Positions 10,111-20,323 are shown, counted from the stretch's first letter. The stretch is DNA of 64,000 nt from Bacteroidota bacterium (GCA_049325415.1 JBMOLL010000040.1:11859-75858); one strand, 5' to 3'. The notes: generated by a model not told the origin, from the letters alone. Program-made: numbers and translations.

Positions 10111-11052
10111 TTATTTTAAGTTAGAATGCTTGCTATCCGGAACGAAACCTTTTACCTCGGCGCTTTTCTTGACTTGCTTGGTAAAATACAGGTCGAACGA
10201 ATCCCATACATAGCCCGTGTTGATCCCACCAACGAATTTGATGGCCACGTGGTCAATATGAATGGATCCGTCTTCTGAAAGTTCACCAACCATCGGATCG
10301 GTCAGACTAGCAATTCCACCAGCTTCGTCACCGAAGAAGATAGCCAGAGGTCCGCCATAAAGGCCATGGGTACCGATTTCCGAACCACCCAGCAGGGTGA
10401 TGGTCATGGCATCCATATCCACTGCTCCAACAACAGCGGTATGTGAGGAGTAAGCAGGACCACCGAAACCGGTCATAAGGAGGTTGTTGACATCATCCGG
10501 ATCGGGTTCGTTAACAACGGTCCAGGCCTCATCCCAGTTACCGGGATCGCCATAGCTGAGAGCAGCCACGTCGTAGGTTCCGATCCATTTTCCAAGCGGA
10601 TGTTCATTATCCTTAAGGGTCAGGATGTGGGTAGACAGTGCTCCGAAAGGATAATCCTGTGAATTGGAGGTCAGAACAACAGCAACAGTCTTGTTACCGG
10701 TGAATACGTCATTGTCGACCGGGGCAATCCAGATCGTGTCGTAGCCGTAGCCATCGGTGATATTAAGTGTCTGGGCGTCGTTCAGCAGGGTAAAATCTGT
10801 TCCGGGAACGGCAGGGTTTGTAATGCCTTCCGTTACGAATTCAAATGAAACAGTTACAGCAGGTGCATCCAGTCCGGCAGTTACGAGAACCGGGATACCG
10901 ACGGCAGCAGGATTCTGCTCATTTGCCGAGGTACCGGTACTTGTAAAAGCAACGAACGATTTAGAGCTGTCCCAGAGGATGGGTTCGGATTCACAACCGG
11001 CAAGTAGAAGGACAGCTGCCAAAATGTATAATAATTTAAAGCTCTTTTTCAT
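10111..11052 (-). CDS. PUL-associated lipoprotein with an N-terminal Calx-beta-like domain
   Basis: 313 aa. Lipobox LLLAGC. The segment VTVSFEFVTEG...GTDFTLLNDAQTLNITDG...IWIAPVDNDVFTGNKTVAVVL resembles the Calx-beta signature. Confidence 0.6.
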   Translation of the reverse strand: MKKSFKLLYILAAVLLLAGCESEPILWDSSKSFVAFTSTGTSANEQNPAAVGIPVLVTAGLDAPAVTVSFEFVTEGITNPAVPGTDFTLLNDAQTLNITDGYGYDTIWIAPVDNDVFTGNKTVAVVLTSNSQDYPFGALSTHILTLKDNEHPLGKWIGTYDVAALSYGDPGNWDEAWTVVNEPDPDDVNNLLMTGFGGPAYSSHTAVVGAVDMDAMTITLLGGSEIGTHGLYGGPLAIFFGDEAGGIASLTDPMVGELSEDGSIHIDHVAIKFVGGINTGYVWDSFDLYFTKQVKKSAEVKGFVPDSKHSNLK

Positions 11053-11065
11053 CTTTTCTTAATTT

Positions 11066-12502
11066 TTAGTTTGATGAATATCCGGGATTCTGCTCAACGT
11101 TCGGGTTAGCATCGATCTCAGCCTGCGGAATGGGCATGGCCCAGCGATAATCCGGGAAAGCGATGTCCTTGTTGATGGCACCGTCGTAATCGGTACGGGT
11201 CAGTCCCCTGCCGGTCCTTGCCAGGTCGAACAGTTCATGTCCTTCATAGCAAAGTTCCATGCGCCTTTCCAGGTAAACATCATCCAGGGTAGCATCGGTT
11301 AAGGAAGAAGCTCCTCTTGCAGTCCGAATGGCATTCAGGTCGGCATCGGCATCTCCGGTAGCTCCGTTCAGAACAGCTTCGGCCCTGATCAGGAACATTT
11401 CAGAAAGACGCAGAACGGGAATGTCATCTTCACGCAGGTTACCATCGGGTTCTTTACCGGGATATTTAAGTGTCCAGTAGTCATTGGGCCATTCGGCATC
11501 GTTGATGAAGAGGTTTTTCCTGACATCGGTATCTTCATAAAGATCGATCACGTCGTCGGAAGCTCCGATATCGCCATAGCCACCCGGGTTCATGATGTAA
11601 GAGATCACATCCCAGTTGCCGTGAGCGGAGTTGCCTTCAGCACCGTAAACTTCGAAGATCACTTCTTTACCTGCATCGGTACCCCAGTCGCCACCCAGAT
11701 CCCAGGTAGTATATTCGGCCTGTGTATAAAGGCCGGCAGCGCCACCGAAAGCATCGATTACATCCGTTGCATAGTCAGCGGCATCGGTCCATTCTTCCAT
11801 GTACAGTTTAACCCTTGCCATCAGAGCCTGGGCAGCAGCCTGGGTAGCCCAACCTGTAGGATCGGTACCACCGTTCTGTGATGCAACAGGAAGACCTGCA
11901 ATGGCATCTTCGAGGTCGAGAACAACCTGATCGTAAACTTCACCAAGGGTAGCCCTGGCAGGGGTTCCGATCTCGGTAACCAGTACAACGGGCACACCGA
12001 GCTGGTCTCTGCCTGCGGAATAAGGCTGGCAGTACATTCTTGCCAGGTCGAAATAGGCAAGAGCACGGAGGAATTTGCATTCAGCAGTCAGAACATCCAG
12101 CTGATCCTGGGTTACACCGACTTCTTCAAAACCTCCTTCGATCACATTGATCACGTTATTCACCCTTGCAATGGTGGTATAGGCAGTTCCCCAGAGTCCG
12201 GCGGTTGCGGTCGGGGTATTGTTCCAGAGGGATTCGGTAGTAAAACGTCCGGAAGTGATCGGGCTGATCTTGGCATTACCGCCTTTCAGATCGGCAATAA
12301 CCACAAAGTCCCTTCCGTACCATGATGTACCGTAAAGAGGTGAATAGGCACCCTGGGTTGACTTCAGCAATCCGTCATAGGTAGACAGCGTCAACTCATT
12401 GGTTTGGTTTAAGCGGGGTTGCTGGTAAAGGAAATCCTCGCAGGAAGTGAGCACCAGAAGGACTGCTAAAACCCCAAAAAATATTTTGTTGTGTGTTTTC
12501 AT
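11066..12502 (-). CDS. SusD/RagB-family nutrient-binding outer-membrane lipoprotein
   Basis: 478 aa. Lipobox VLTSC. Canonical SusD features: CKFLRALAYFDLARMY, VLRLSEMFLIRAEA and a C-terminal RWAMPIPQAEIDANPNVEQNPGY. Confidence 0.92.
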   Translation of the reverse strand: MKTHNKIFFGVLAVLLVLTSCEDFLYQQPRLNQTNELTLSTYDGLLKSTQGAYSPLYGTSWYGRDFVVIADLKGGNAKISPITSGRFTTESLWNNTPTATAGLWGTAYTTIARVNNVINVIEGGFEEVGVTQDQLDVLTAECKFLRALAYFDLARMYCQPYSAGRDQLGVPVVLVTEIGTPARATLGEVYDQVVLDLEDAIAGLPVASQNGGTDPTGWATQAAAQALMARVKLYMEEWTDAADYATDVIDAFGGAAGLYTQAEYTTWDLGGDWGTDAGKEVIFEVYGAEGNSAHGNWDVISYIMNPGGYGDIGASDDVIDLYEDTDVRKNLFINDAEWPNDYWTLKYPGKEPDGNLREDDIPVLRLSEMFLIRAEAVLNGATGDADADLNAIRTARGASSLTDATLDDVYLERRMELCYEGHELFDLARTGRGLTRTDYDGAINKDIAFPDYRWAMPIPQAEIDANPNVEQNPGYSSN

Positions 12503-12522
12503 CTTAAATCCTTTTTAGGTTG

Positions 12523-15486
12523 TTAAAAAGTCAGATCAAGACCAACCACGAAGCTCTTGGTCATCGGGTAGATACCGAAGCCCATTCCGTCTACACCCCT
12601 TTCAGGATCCCAGAAGTCAACATCGTGGAAGGTATAGGCGTTCACTGCACTACCATAGACGCGCAACTGATCAATTTTCAGCTTGCTGACCACGCTGGTC
12701 GGAAGTGTATAGGATACGGTAATGTTCTTGATCCTGAGGTATGAACCGTCATACTGCCACCTGGAGTTGTAATACCCGTTGGAGTTGGTGGTATTGTCGG
12801 CAATCGGTTTGGGGTTCATAGTAATGTCGCCGGGCTGTTTCCAGTAGTCGAGAACCACATTGGACTGGTTCTTGCCCCACCAGTAACCGTCGGCAACAGC
12901 GTAGTGAAGTTCTTCGATCAGTACCTCATTTCCCCACTTGTATTCAAAGTTCAGGTTAAGGGAAATGCCTTTCCAGCTGAAATCGGTATTGAAACCGCCA
13001 AGCAGTTCCGGTTCGGGAGATCCGGTGATCACTCTGCGGGCATCAGCATAAAGGTTGGTCAGCAATCCGTCGGCATTGTACCAGAGAGCTTCGCCGGTTA
13101 CAGGGTTAACACCTGCATAATCGCGCAGGTAGTAGCTGTAAAGACTTTCGCCAACCTGGTAGATCAGACGGCCCGAGATGATCTGCTCCTGGTCGCCCAG
13201 GTTCAGGATCTCGCTCTTGTTGTGGGCGAAGTTGAACCCAACGTTCCAAACGGCTGATCCGTCAAGGATGTTGATGTTGATCAAACCTTCAAAACCGGTG
13301 TTCTGCAGCTCACCAACGTTCTGACGGAAGTTGGCAAAACCTGAAGTCTGGGAGATCGGCACGTTGAGAAGCATGTCGGTGGTCTTCCTGTTGTAGAATT
13401 CGAAAGTACCGGTGATCTTCTGGAAGATACCGAAATCAAGACCGATGTTGTAACCTTTGTTGGTTTCCCAGGTCAGGTCGGGGTTAGCCGGCTGTGTAGG
13501 AGCCATACCGGAAACGGCGTTATAGGAAACAGGACCATAGATACCCCAGGCATCATAATCACCGATCCCGTCGTTACCGTTCAGACCGTAACCAACACGG
13601 AGTTTCAAAGCGTCAACGGCATTCACGTTCTCCAGGAAAGCTTCATTGTGCAGGTTCCATGAACCGCTGATGGAGTAGAAGGTACCCCAGCGGTTGTTGG
13701 CACCGAACCTTGAGCTACCATCGGTACGCAGACTACCTTTAATATAATACTTACGGGCGAAATTGTACTCCAGAATACCAAAGAATGAAGCCATGGTATA
13801 GCGGGATTCGCTGTAATCGCCATCATCAGTTTCAGCTGTGGCGGTATTCGGGAAAGGAATAGCAGGATCCACGCCCGGTGAATAGATGTAATAACTGTTA
13901 TAGTTATTGTCGATGGCTTCAAAACCGCCTAACAGACTGATGCTATGATCATTAAAGTATTTCTGATAAGAAACGGTATTCGAGGTTGTCATCTGTGAAT
14001 ACATGCTGTTGGAAACCTGGAGGGTAGCATCGCCGTTGGCGTCAGCTTCGGCCGACCAGTACCTGCGGCCTTCACCGTCAGTAAGTTCGTAAGCATTATT
14101 CGATTTGATTTTCAGACCCGGAACCGGTTCCCATTCGAAATAGGCACTGGTCTGTAACCTGTTCTGTTTTTCCCACTGGTCGTCGTACATGGCGGTGGCC
14201 AGGGGGTTGGTGTTACTCCACTCGGGAATATTCAGGTTATAGGTTCCGTCTTCGTTCTTGATCGGGGTCCAGGGTTCGATGAACATCCCGGCAAAGATCG
14301 GGTTTACAAAATAAAGCGACTGCATGGCCACGTCGTTGGAGTACGAGTGGAAGGCATTCATTTTAACCCCGACTTTCAGTTTGTCGGAAACTACATGGTC
14401 GATATTGGACCTCAGCTGATATTTCTCATAATCCACTCCGTAGAATACACCATCGCTCTTGTTGTAAAGTGCGGAGGTGTAGTGGCGGGTCTTTTCATTA
14501 CCGCCGTTTACGGAAAGTTCATATTCCTGAAGATTTCCATAGCGGGTGCTTTCCCTCAGCCAGTTGTTCACCGGACGGGAAGCATAGGCCAGCGGAGCAT
14601 AGTACTTACTGGTCGGATCATCCGGATTGGCTCCGGCATTGATGGCAGCAGCACGTTTGTACTCAACGTCCTGTTCGGGGGTAAGGATCCCGAAATCATT
14701 GTCATTGGCCAGTGAAGAGACCCCGTAGGATGCCCTGAAGTTTATTTTGGATTTACCCTGTTTTCCCGATTTGGTGGTGATCAGGATTACGCCGTTGGCA
14801 GCACGTGAACCATAAATGGCAGCGGCTGAAGCGTCTTTCAACACGGTGATGGACTCAATGTCGTTCGGGTTGATCATGGCCAGTGCATTACCGGTATTGG
14901 TAAAATAACTCTGGTTTCCCTGCATGATCTGAATACCATCAACCACATAAAGAGGTTCGTTTCCGGCGTTCAGTGAACTTGTACCACGGATACGTACCTG
15001 AGAGGAACTACCGGGCTGTCCGGACTGAGAAGTAATCTGCACACCGGCAACCTTACCGGCCAGCATTTTGTCAAAACTCATCTCGGGAACGTCCTGAATG
15101 GCTGCATCATCAACAACGGCAACGGATCCGGTGTTGGCTTCACGTGTCGAAACACCATAACCAACAACCACCACCTCGTCCATCTTGACGACGTCGGCCT
15201 GCATTACCACATCAATCACCGTCGAAGTACCAACGGCAATCTCCTGGGTCTGCATCCCGATGAATGAGAAGACAAGCGTAGTTGCTCCACTGGGTACACC
15301 AATTGTGTAATGACCGTCAAAATTGGTAACCGTACCCACTGTAGTCCCTTTGACTACAACAGAAACACCAGGTAGCGGTGACCCGTCTTCTGCCCCGGTC
15401 ACAGTACCTGTTATCTGCACACTTTGCGCCTGTAAAGTCATCCCTACAAACACGAAGAATGCAAGTAAAACAGTAAATCTTTTCAT
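12523..15486 (-). CDS. SusC/RagA-family TonB-dependent outer-membrane transporter (paralogue of 3588-6689)
   Basis: 987 aa. The N-terminus is colinear with the first SusC (MKRF...QITGTVTGAEDGSPLPGVSVVVKGTTVGTVTNFDGHY). Plug ITVLKDASAAAIYGSRAANGVILITTK. C-terminal VVGLDLTF. Confidence 0.95.
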   Translation of the reverse strand: MKRFTVLLAFFVFVGMTLQAQSVQITGTVTGAEDGSPLPGVSVVVKGTTVGTVTNFDGHYTIGVPSGATTLVFSFIGMQTQEIAVGTSTVIDVVMQADVVKMDEVVVVGYGVSTREANTGSVAVVDDAAIQDVPEMSFDKMLAGKVAGVQITSQSGQPGSSSQVRIRGTSSLNAGNEPLYVVDGIQIMQGNQSYFTNTGNALAMINPNDIESITVLKDASAAAIYGSRAANGVILITTKSGKQGKSKINFRASYGVSSLANDNDFGILTPEQDVEYKRAAAINAGANPDDPTSKYYAPLAYASRPVNNWLRESTRYGNLQEYELSVNGGNEKTRHYTSALYNKSDGVFYGVDYEKYQLRSNIDHVVSDKLKVGVKMNAFHSYSNDVAMQSLYFVNPIFAGMFIEPWTPIKNEDGTYNLNIPEWSNTNPLATAMYDDQWEKQNRLQTSAYFEWEPVPGLKIKSNNAYELTDGEGRRYWSAEADANGDATLQVSNSMYSQMTTSNTVSYQKYFNDHSISLLGGFEAIDNNYNSYYIYSPGVDPAIPFPNTATAETDDGDYSESRYTMASFFGILEYNFARKYYIKGSLRTDGSSRFGANNRWGTFYSISGSWNLHNEAFLENVNAVDALKLRVGYGLNGNDGIGDYDAWGIYGPVSYNAVSGMAPTQPANPDLTWETNKGYNIGLDFGIFQKITGTFEFYNRKTTDMLLNVPISQTSGFANFRQNVGELQNTGFEGLININILDGSAVWNVGFNFAHNKSEILNLGDQEQIISGRLIYQVGESLYSYYLRDYAGVNPVTGEALWYNADGLLTNLYADARRVITGSPEPELLGGFNTDFSWKGISLNLNFEYKWGNEVLIEELHYAVADGYWWGKNQSNVVLDYWKQPGDITMNPKPIADNTTNSNGYYNSRWQYDGSYLRIKNITVSYTLPTSVVSKLKIDQLRVYGSAVNAYTFHDVDFWDPERGVDGMGFGIYPMTKSFVVGLDLTF

Positions 15487-15571
15487 AGATTAAAGTTTTA
15501 GGTTTATAATTAGAACACAATAAAATGACTCTAAGAAGTTCAAATCTATATAAAAAATTACTTTTTACAAA
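15475..15571 (-). promoter_or_regulatory. Promoter and 5' leader of susC-2: -33 TTTG, 19-nt spacer, -7 TAGATTTG, conserved TAGAGTCATTTT and leader
   Basis: Minus strand: TTTG (15571-15568), a 19-nt spacer, TAGATTTG (15548-15541), 7 nt, then TAGAGTCATTTT (15533-15522). The leader 15508-15475 is identical to that of susC-1. Confidence 0.65.
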
Positions 15572-15902
15572 ATTTAACAGTGCCTGAAACAGGCAATTTT
15601 AAAGGGACAAGAGAAGATTTTCCCTCCATCCTTTCACCCTTTTTAACGATTTCAATTTATAAATCAACCAATTAAAGTGGACGAAAACGAACACTTTAAA
15701 ATCAGATCATGTTTGATATTTTATACATTTTTTCTCTATGACCCCCAATATTTATCTGTATGAGCAAACATATTTCATAGTTTTTACACATATACCCCCT
15801 ATATTTTAAGAGGTATAATAATATATATGTATTTCAGGAATAATATATACGGATTCGGTGCAATCCTGTCAGAAGATACCTGCTGATCTGTTTTAGATCA
15901 TT

Positions 15903-15957
15903 GAAAAAAGCGCAAATCTCGGGTCATTTTAACAGCTCTGACCCGAAAATTTGCGCT
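15903..15957 (-). terminator. Rho-independent terminator of the hutI-ftcD operon
   Basis: Long imperfect stem AGCGCAAATTTTCGGGTCA / TGACCCGAGATTTGCGCT (minus-strand reading) followed by TTTTTT, about 105 nt after the ftcD stop. Confidence 0.75.
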
Positions 15958-16062
15958 CTAAAACATAATTTTTTTCAAAAATTGCACGCTTTTGATACAC
16001 TTACCGGGGTATGACGACGTCAATTCCGGCGTGCGTACCGCCTAAAACGGAAGGGTGAACGG

Positions 16063-17757
16063 CTATTTTCCCGCAGTTATCCGCTCCATGACCTCTTTGC
16101 TGATGGCCGTCGCCCGTTGCTCCGACCCGGTCCTGATTTTTTCGGCTTCGGATTTTAGTTCCAGCAATTCTTTATCCGCTTCGATTCCGGTCATGTTGAT
16201 CAGAACATTCATGAAAGCACCCTGAACACCGGCATGAACGGCGAGGGCTCCCACGCCTGCATCGGAGAGGCTGTTCGGATTCCCTTCCTTAACCATGTAT
16301 TCAAGCAGCGGATAAGCTCCGGCAGCCGTTCTCATCACCTCGAGGGGGATGCGGATAGCTCCCACCGTGGCTTCCCTGATAGCCCGACTGCGTGCGGCTT
16401 TTTGTTCATCGGTGGTTTTCGGTAAGGCAAAGGCCTCCATGATCCGGTTAAAAGCTTTCGTGTCCTCATCGACCAGCACCAGCAGCCGCTCATGCAGAGC
16501 CTTACCTGTTTCCGCCCATACGGAAAACTCCTCCCAGCGTTCGTCCCAGCCCCTTTTGTGCGACGACAGGTTGGCCACCATGGTCCCCAGGGCAGCTCCC
16601 AGGGCTCCCATCAGGGCACTCACCGACCCGCCCCCGGGTGCCGCCGATTCGGAGGCCGTTTCTTCGGTGAAGGCTTTTACGCTCATGTCGGCCAGCCGTT
16701 TACCGGCCTTACCGGCAAGTTTATATTCAATGATCTTCTCCTCCGGCTTAAATGGGGCAAGGTCATCAAGGCCCATGGATTTGACGGCAATTTTGATCAG
16801 TTCGCTGTCGGAGACACCGGTGGAACGCTGTTGTTTCCGCAGAAAATAGCGGCCGGCATCGAGCATCGACTTCAGGGGAACCAGTCCCACCAGTTCCGAA
16901 CCGGTCACCCGGATCCCCCGTTCGGCGGCTTTCCGGCATACCTCATCAAAGGCAATATGAACCGGGGTGACGGAAATATCGGTCAGGTTCATGGATATCT
17001 GGGCTATCCCGTATTCCTCGATATACCAGCCGATGGCCTTCACCGCTTTCAGCGTACCGGGAACCATCACCTGGGCTCCCTTTTCATCCTTCACGATCTT
17101 TCCCGTGAGCGGATCGCCCTCCCGCAATACCCTTCCCCTTTCCCTGACATCAAAGGCAATGGCATTGGCCCTCCTTGTCGATGTGGTATTCAGGTTGACA
17201 TTGTATGCGATGAGAAAATCCCTCGCCCCTACCGCGATGGAACCTGTCCGCGGGACAAAAGTGGCGGGACCGAAATCGGGGGCCCATTCCTTCCGGGCCA
17301 GTTTGGCCGACAGCCCTTCGTATTCGCCCGACCTGACCGTGGCCAGGTTTTTCCTTTCCGGGGTGAATGCTGCACTTTCATAGCAATATACCGGGATACC
17401 GATCTCGTTGCCGATGCGCTCAGCCAGTTTTCTTGCATAGGCTACCGTTTCTTCCATGCTGATGCCCGACACCGGGATCAGCGGAAGTACGTCGGTGGCA
17501 CCGAAACGCGGATGTTCCCCGTGATGACGCGTCATGTCGATCACCTCCGCAGCCTTCCTGACCGCCCTGAAAGCTGCTTCGATCACCTGGTCGGGCTCAC
17601 CAACAAAGGTCACCACCGTGCGGTTCGTTGCTTTACCGGGATCCACATCCAGCAGGCTGATTCCTTCCACCTGTTCGATCACATCGGTGATCTGCCGGAT
17701 TACCGACATATCTCTACCTTCACTGAAATTCGGGACGCATTCAATAATTCTGTTCAT
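16063..17757 (-). CDS. ftcD: Bifunctional glutamate formimidoyltransferase / formimidoyltetrahydrofolate cyclodeaminase
   Basis: 564 aa. The N-terminus IECVPNFSEGRD...NRTVVTFVG is the formiminotransferase signature. The C-terminal ~200 aa helical domain (AAPGGGSVSALMGALGAAL) is cyclodeaminase-like. Adjacent to hutI. Confidence 0.9.
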   Translation of the reverse strand: MNRIIECVPNFSEGRDMSVIRQITDVIEQVEGISLLDVDPGKATNRTVVTFVGEPDQVIEAAFRAVRKAAEVIDMTRHHGEHPRFGATDVLPLIPVSGISMEETVAYARKLAERIGNEIGIPVYCYESAAFTPERKNLATVRSGEYEGLSAKLARKEWAPDFGPATFVPRTGSIAVGARDFLIAYNVNLNTTSTRRANAIAFDVRERGRVLREGDPLTGKIVKDEKGAQVMVPGTLKAVKAIGWYIEEYGIAQISMNLTDISVTPVHIAFDEVCRKAAERGIRVTGSELVGLVPLKSMLDAGRYFLRKQQRSTGVSDSELIKIAVKSMGLDDLAPFKPEEKIIEYKLAGKAGKRLADMSVKAFTEETASESAAPGGGSVSALMGALGAALGTMVANLSSHKRGWDERWEEFSVWAETGKALHERLLVLVDEDTKAFNRIMEAFALPKTTDEQKAARSRAIREATVGAIRIPLEVMRTAAGAYPLLEYMVKEGNPNSLSDAGVGALAVHAGVQGAFMNVLINMTGIEADKELLELKSEAEKIRTGSEQRATAISKEVMERITAGK

Positions 17758-17775
17758 TTGCTGTAAGTGTATGGA

Positions 17776-19008
17776 TTAAGAAACAGGAATACCGTTTAAA
17801 ATGACTTTTTCAATCTGCCGGCTGCCGTAAAAATAAGGCAGGGAGGATAGTTCCTTCAGTTCACGGGTAATCAGGATATTGGCCTTCTTCCCTGCCTCCA
17901 GGCTCCCCGTTTCCCGTTCAAGACCCATGGCATAGGCCCCGTTCAGTGTTAATGCCGTAAGGACCTCTGAAGGAAGCATTTTCAGCTTGATACAGGCCAG
18001 GGAAAACATGAAGGGCATGTTTCCCGATGGAGAGGACCCGGGATTGAAATCGGAGGCCAGGGCAAGGGGCAGACCGGCATCGATCATTTTCCGCGCCGGG
18101 GCATAGGGCAGACCCAGGAAAAAGGAAGCTCCCGGTAAAACCGTGGGCATGGTGCCCGAATCCTTCAGCACGGCGATCTCTTCCTCACCGGTGTATTCGA
18201 GATGATCGACCGACCGGGCGCGGTACTTCACCCCGGCCTGGATCCCACCGGAATAATCGAGTTCATTGGCATGGATCTTCGGAGGCAATCCGTACCGGGC
18301 CCCGGCTTCGAGGATCCGCTCCGTATCGGCTACGGTGAAGAAGCCCCTGTCGCAGAATACATCGATATAATCGGCCAGTTTCTCTGCGGCAACTGCCGGG
18401 ATCATCTCCTGAATGATCTGATCAACATAGCCCTCCCTGTTGTTTTTAAATTCTGTCGGTACAGCATGGGCGCCCAGGAATGTTCGCCGTACGGTGAGGG
18501 CTGTATCCTCTGCCAGGCGAGTGATTACGCGAAGCATTTTAAGTTCATCTTCCAGGTTCAGACCGTAACCGCTTTTAATTTCTACAGCCCCGGTCCCGGT
18601 GAGGGCAATTTCGTTCATCCTTCGGAGCGACTGCCGGTAAAGCTCTTCCTCGCCGGTCTCGTGCAGCAGTTTTGCCGAATTGAGTATCCCTCCTCCCCTC
18701 CTGGCTATTTCCTCATAGGACAAACCACGGATCTTGTCTTCAAACTCGCGCTCCCGGCTGCCGGCAAAAACCAGGTGGGTGTGAGAGTCGCAAAATGCGG
18801 GCAGGATGAGTCCTCCTTCTGCGTCAATCCTCCGGTCGAATGGTCCGTTGGGCGGGACACCTTCCCCGGTAGCAAGGATCCGCTCCCCGCTGATATGGAT
18901 CCATCCTTTCTCTGTTTCTTTCAGCTCCGACATCCTGCTGCCCGCTGCAAAACCGTTCTCACCCTCCAGCGCCGTAAAAAGATGTCCGTTATAAACCAGG
19001 ATCTCCAT
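17776..19008 (-). CDS. hutI: Imidazolonepropionase
   Basis: 410 aa. Amidohydrolase metal motif FCDSHTHLVFAGSRE, GGGILNS, KIHANELD and ALASDFNPGSSP, as expected for HutI. Confidence 0.92.
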   Translation of the reverse strand: MEILVYNGHLFTALEGENGFAAGSRMSELKETEKGWIHISGERILATGEGVPPNGPFDRRIDAEGGLILPAFCDSHTHLVFAGSREREFEDKIRGLSYEEIARRGGGILNSAKLLHETGEEELYRQSLRRMNEIALTGTGAVEIKSGYGLNLEDELKMLRVITRLAEDTALTVRRTFLGAHAVPTEFKNNREGYVDQIIQEMIPAVAAEKLADYIDVFCDRGFFTVADTERILEAGARYGLPPKIHANELDYSGGIQAGVKYRARSVDHLEYTGEEEIAVLKDSGTMPTVLPGASFFLGLPYAPARKMIDAGLPLALASDFNPGSSPSGNMPFMFSLACIKLKMLPSEVLTALTLNGAYAMGLERETGSLEAGKKANILITRELKELSSLPYFYGSRQIEKVILNGIPVS

Positions 19009-19111
19009 AAAGAATGATTTTGGCCTAAAAATAGAAATATTTGTTGAGCAGGCTGATGTTATAAAATATAGGAAGGGGAGCAGAAAAGCCTGGAGGCTTC
19101 CCTCCCGTTCC

Positions 19112-20269
19112 CTATTTCAGAAGATAGGCAGTAAAGACCCCGAGGTAGTTTCCCAGGGCATAACCGATGATACCGATGATCAGACCCGAGATTACCACCT
19201 CCTTGTTCTTGAGTGCGGCAGCCACCACCGGAACAAAGGGCGGCGACATGGAAAGTGCCACGGAAGTGATGATAAAGTGATCGGCATCGATCTTAAAGAT
19301 CTTCGACAGGAGCGCATGCAGCAACAGGGCTCCCACCACGGCCATCAGTATATAAATGGTGATGGCACCAACAACAGCCGAGGAACCCTTGCCGAACATT
19401 TCGCCCAGATCGGCCATGGAGGCTACAATCGTACTGAAGACAAGAATGAAGTACATCCCGGTCTGAAATGTCATCTTCAGTTTGTTGATCTTCGGCACCA
19501 GGGAAGCCAGGATACCCAGCGTGGTGATGGTGAGGATGGCAGCTACAGTGGCGTAATCCTGTCCGACTACAAACGTCAGACCAATACCTATTCCGGTGAT
19601 TACCAACGCAATACCAAAACCTTTCAGTATGCTTAAAAAATTCTCCCTTCTGAAAAAGCCCTTGTAGGATTCAAATTCCCTGACCTGCTGATCGATCTCC
19701 TCATCGCTCATCGTATTCGAAGAGCGGTATGGCTTCATAAAAAGGAGGAAAAAACGCTGTCCGATGGTCAGAAGAAAGAGGAGAACGAAGGCACCGACCA
19801 CCAGGTCGATGGTATGGGTTAGAATATAGATATCGGGGTCGACGCCCAGTGCCTTGTTGATGGCTGCAAGGTTGGGCGTTCCGCCGGAATATACGCCGAT
19901 GAGCATTCCGGATACCTTCCAGGCATCCGGGATAACATCCTTAAATAAATAAAAGCCGGCCACAACCATTACAAAAACGGAAACCAGCCCCAGGATCATG
20001 GAAAAAGCCGTAAGCCATGCCATCCGGAACCATTTCCGGATATCCTCCGAGAACAGGAGCAGCGGTATACCAAGAAGAATGGTCACGCTGGTAAGATTAT
20101 CCTGCAGACTTTCCAGTCCTTCGGGAAGAACATCAATATTCCCGACAACCAGACCCACGGCATAGCAGATCACAATCGAACCGATCCTGTTGACAACGGT
20201 AAAACGGGTACCCAGGAAGAGCACAAGTGCCGGAAACAGGAAATAGAAGAGAATTACAGCAACGGTCAT
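19112..20269 (-). CDS. Polytopic membrane protein (DUF819-like)
   Basis: 385 aa and about 10-12 hydrophobic segments. The overall pattern matches DUF819 integral membrane proteins (recognition from memory). Confidence 0.6.
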   Translation of the reverse strand: MTVAVILFYFLFPALVLFLGTRFTVVNRIGSIVICYAVGLVVGNIDVLPEGLESLQDNLTSVTILLGIPLLLFSEDIRKWFRMAWLTAFSMILGLVSVFVMVVAGFYLFKDVIPDAWKVSGMLIGVYSGGTPNLAAINKALGVDPDIYILTHTIDLVVGAFVLLFLLTIGQRFFLLFMKPYRSSNTMSDEEIDQQVREFESYKGFFRRENFLSILKGFGIALVITGIGIGLTFVVGQDYATVAAILTITTLGILASLVPKINKLKMTFQTGMYFILVFSTIVASMADLGEMFGKGSSAVVGAITIYILMAVVGALLLHALLSKIFKIDADHFIITSVALSMSPPFVPVVAAALKNKEVVISGLIIGIIGYALGNYLGVFTAYLLK

Positions 20270-20323
20270 AGGGGTAGGTGTTAGTTGCTGCTAAAGTATA
20301 AAAAGATTTTTAATTGGGGACGG

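Noticed and set aside
16492-17766. 424-aa plus-strand ORF (with 16349-16849 and 16967-17383) covering most of the ftcD locus
   Set aside because: It lies fully antisense to a gene with unmistakable formiminotransferase/cyclodeaminase motifs. Its translation is a G/R/P/H-rich low-complexity string with no domain pattern. This is a typical shadow ORF of a GC-skewed codon frame.
18202-19017. 271-aa ORF antisense to hutI. Similar long antisense ORFs occur at 23820-24629, 24454-25251, 48384-49139, 54632-55225 and 59207-59881
   Set aside because: Each is nested in a confidently identified gene on the other strand and shows no signal peptide, motif or sensible start context.
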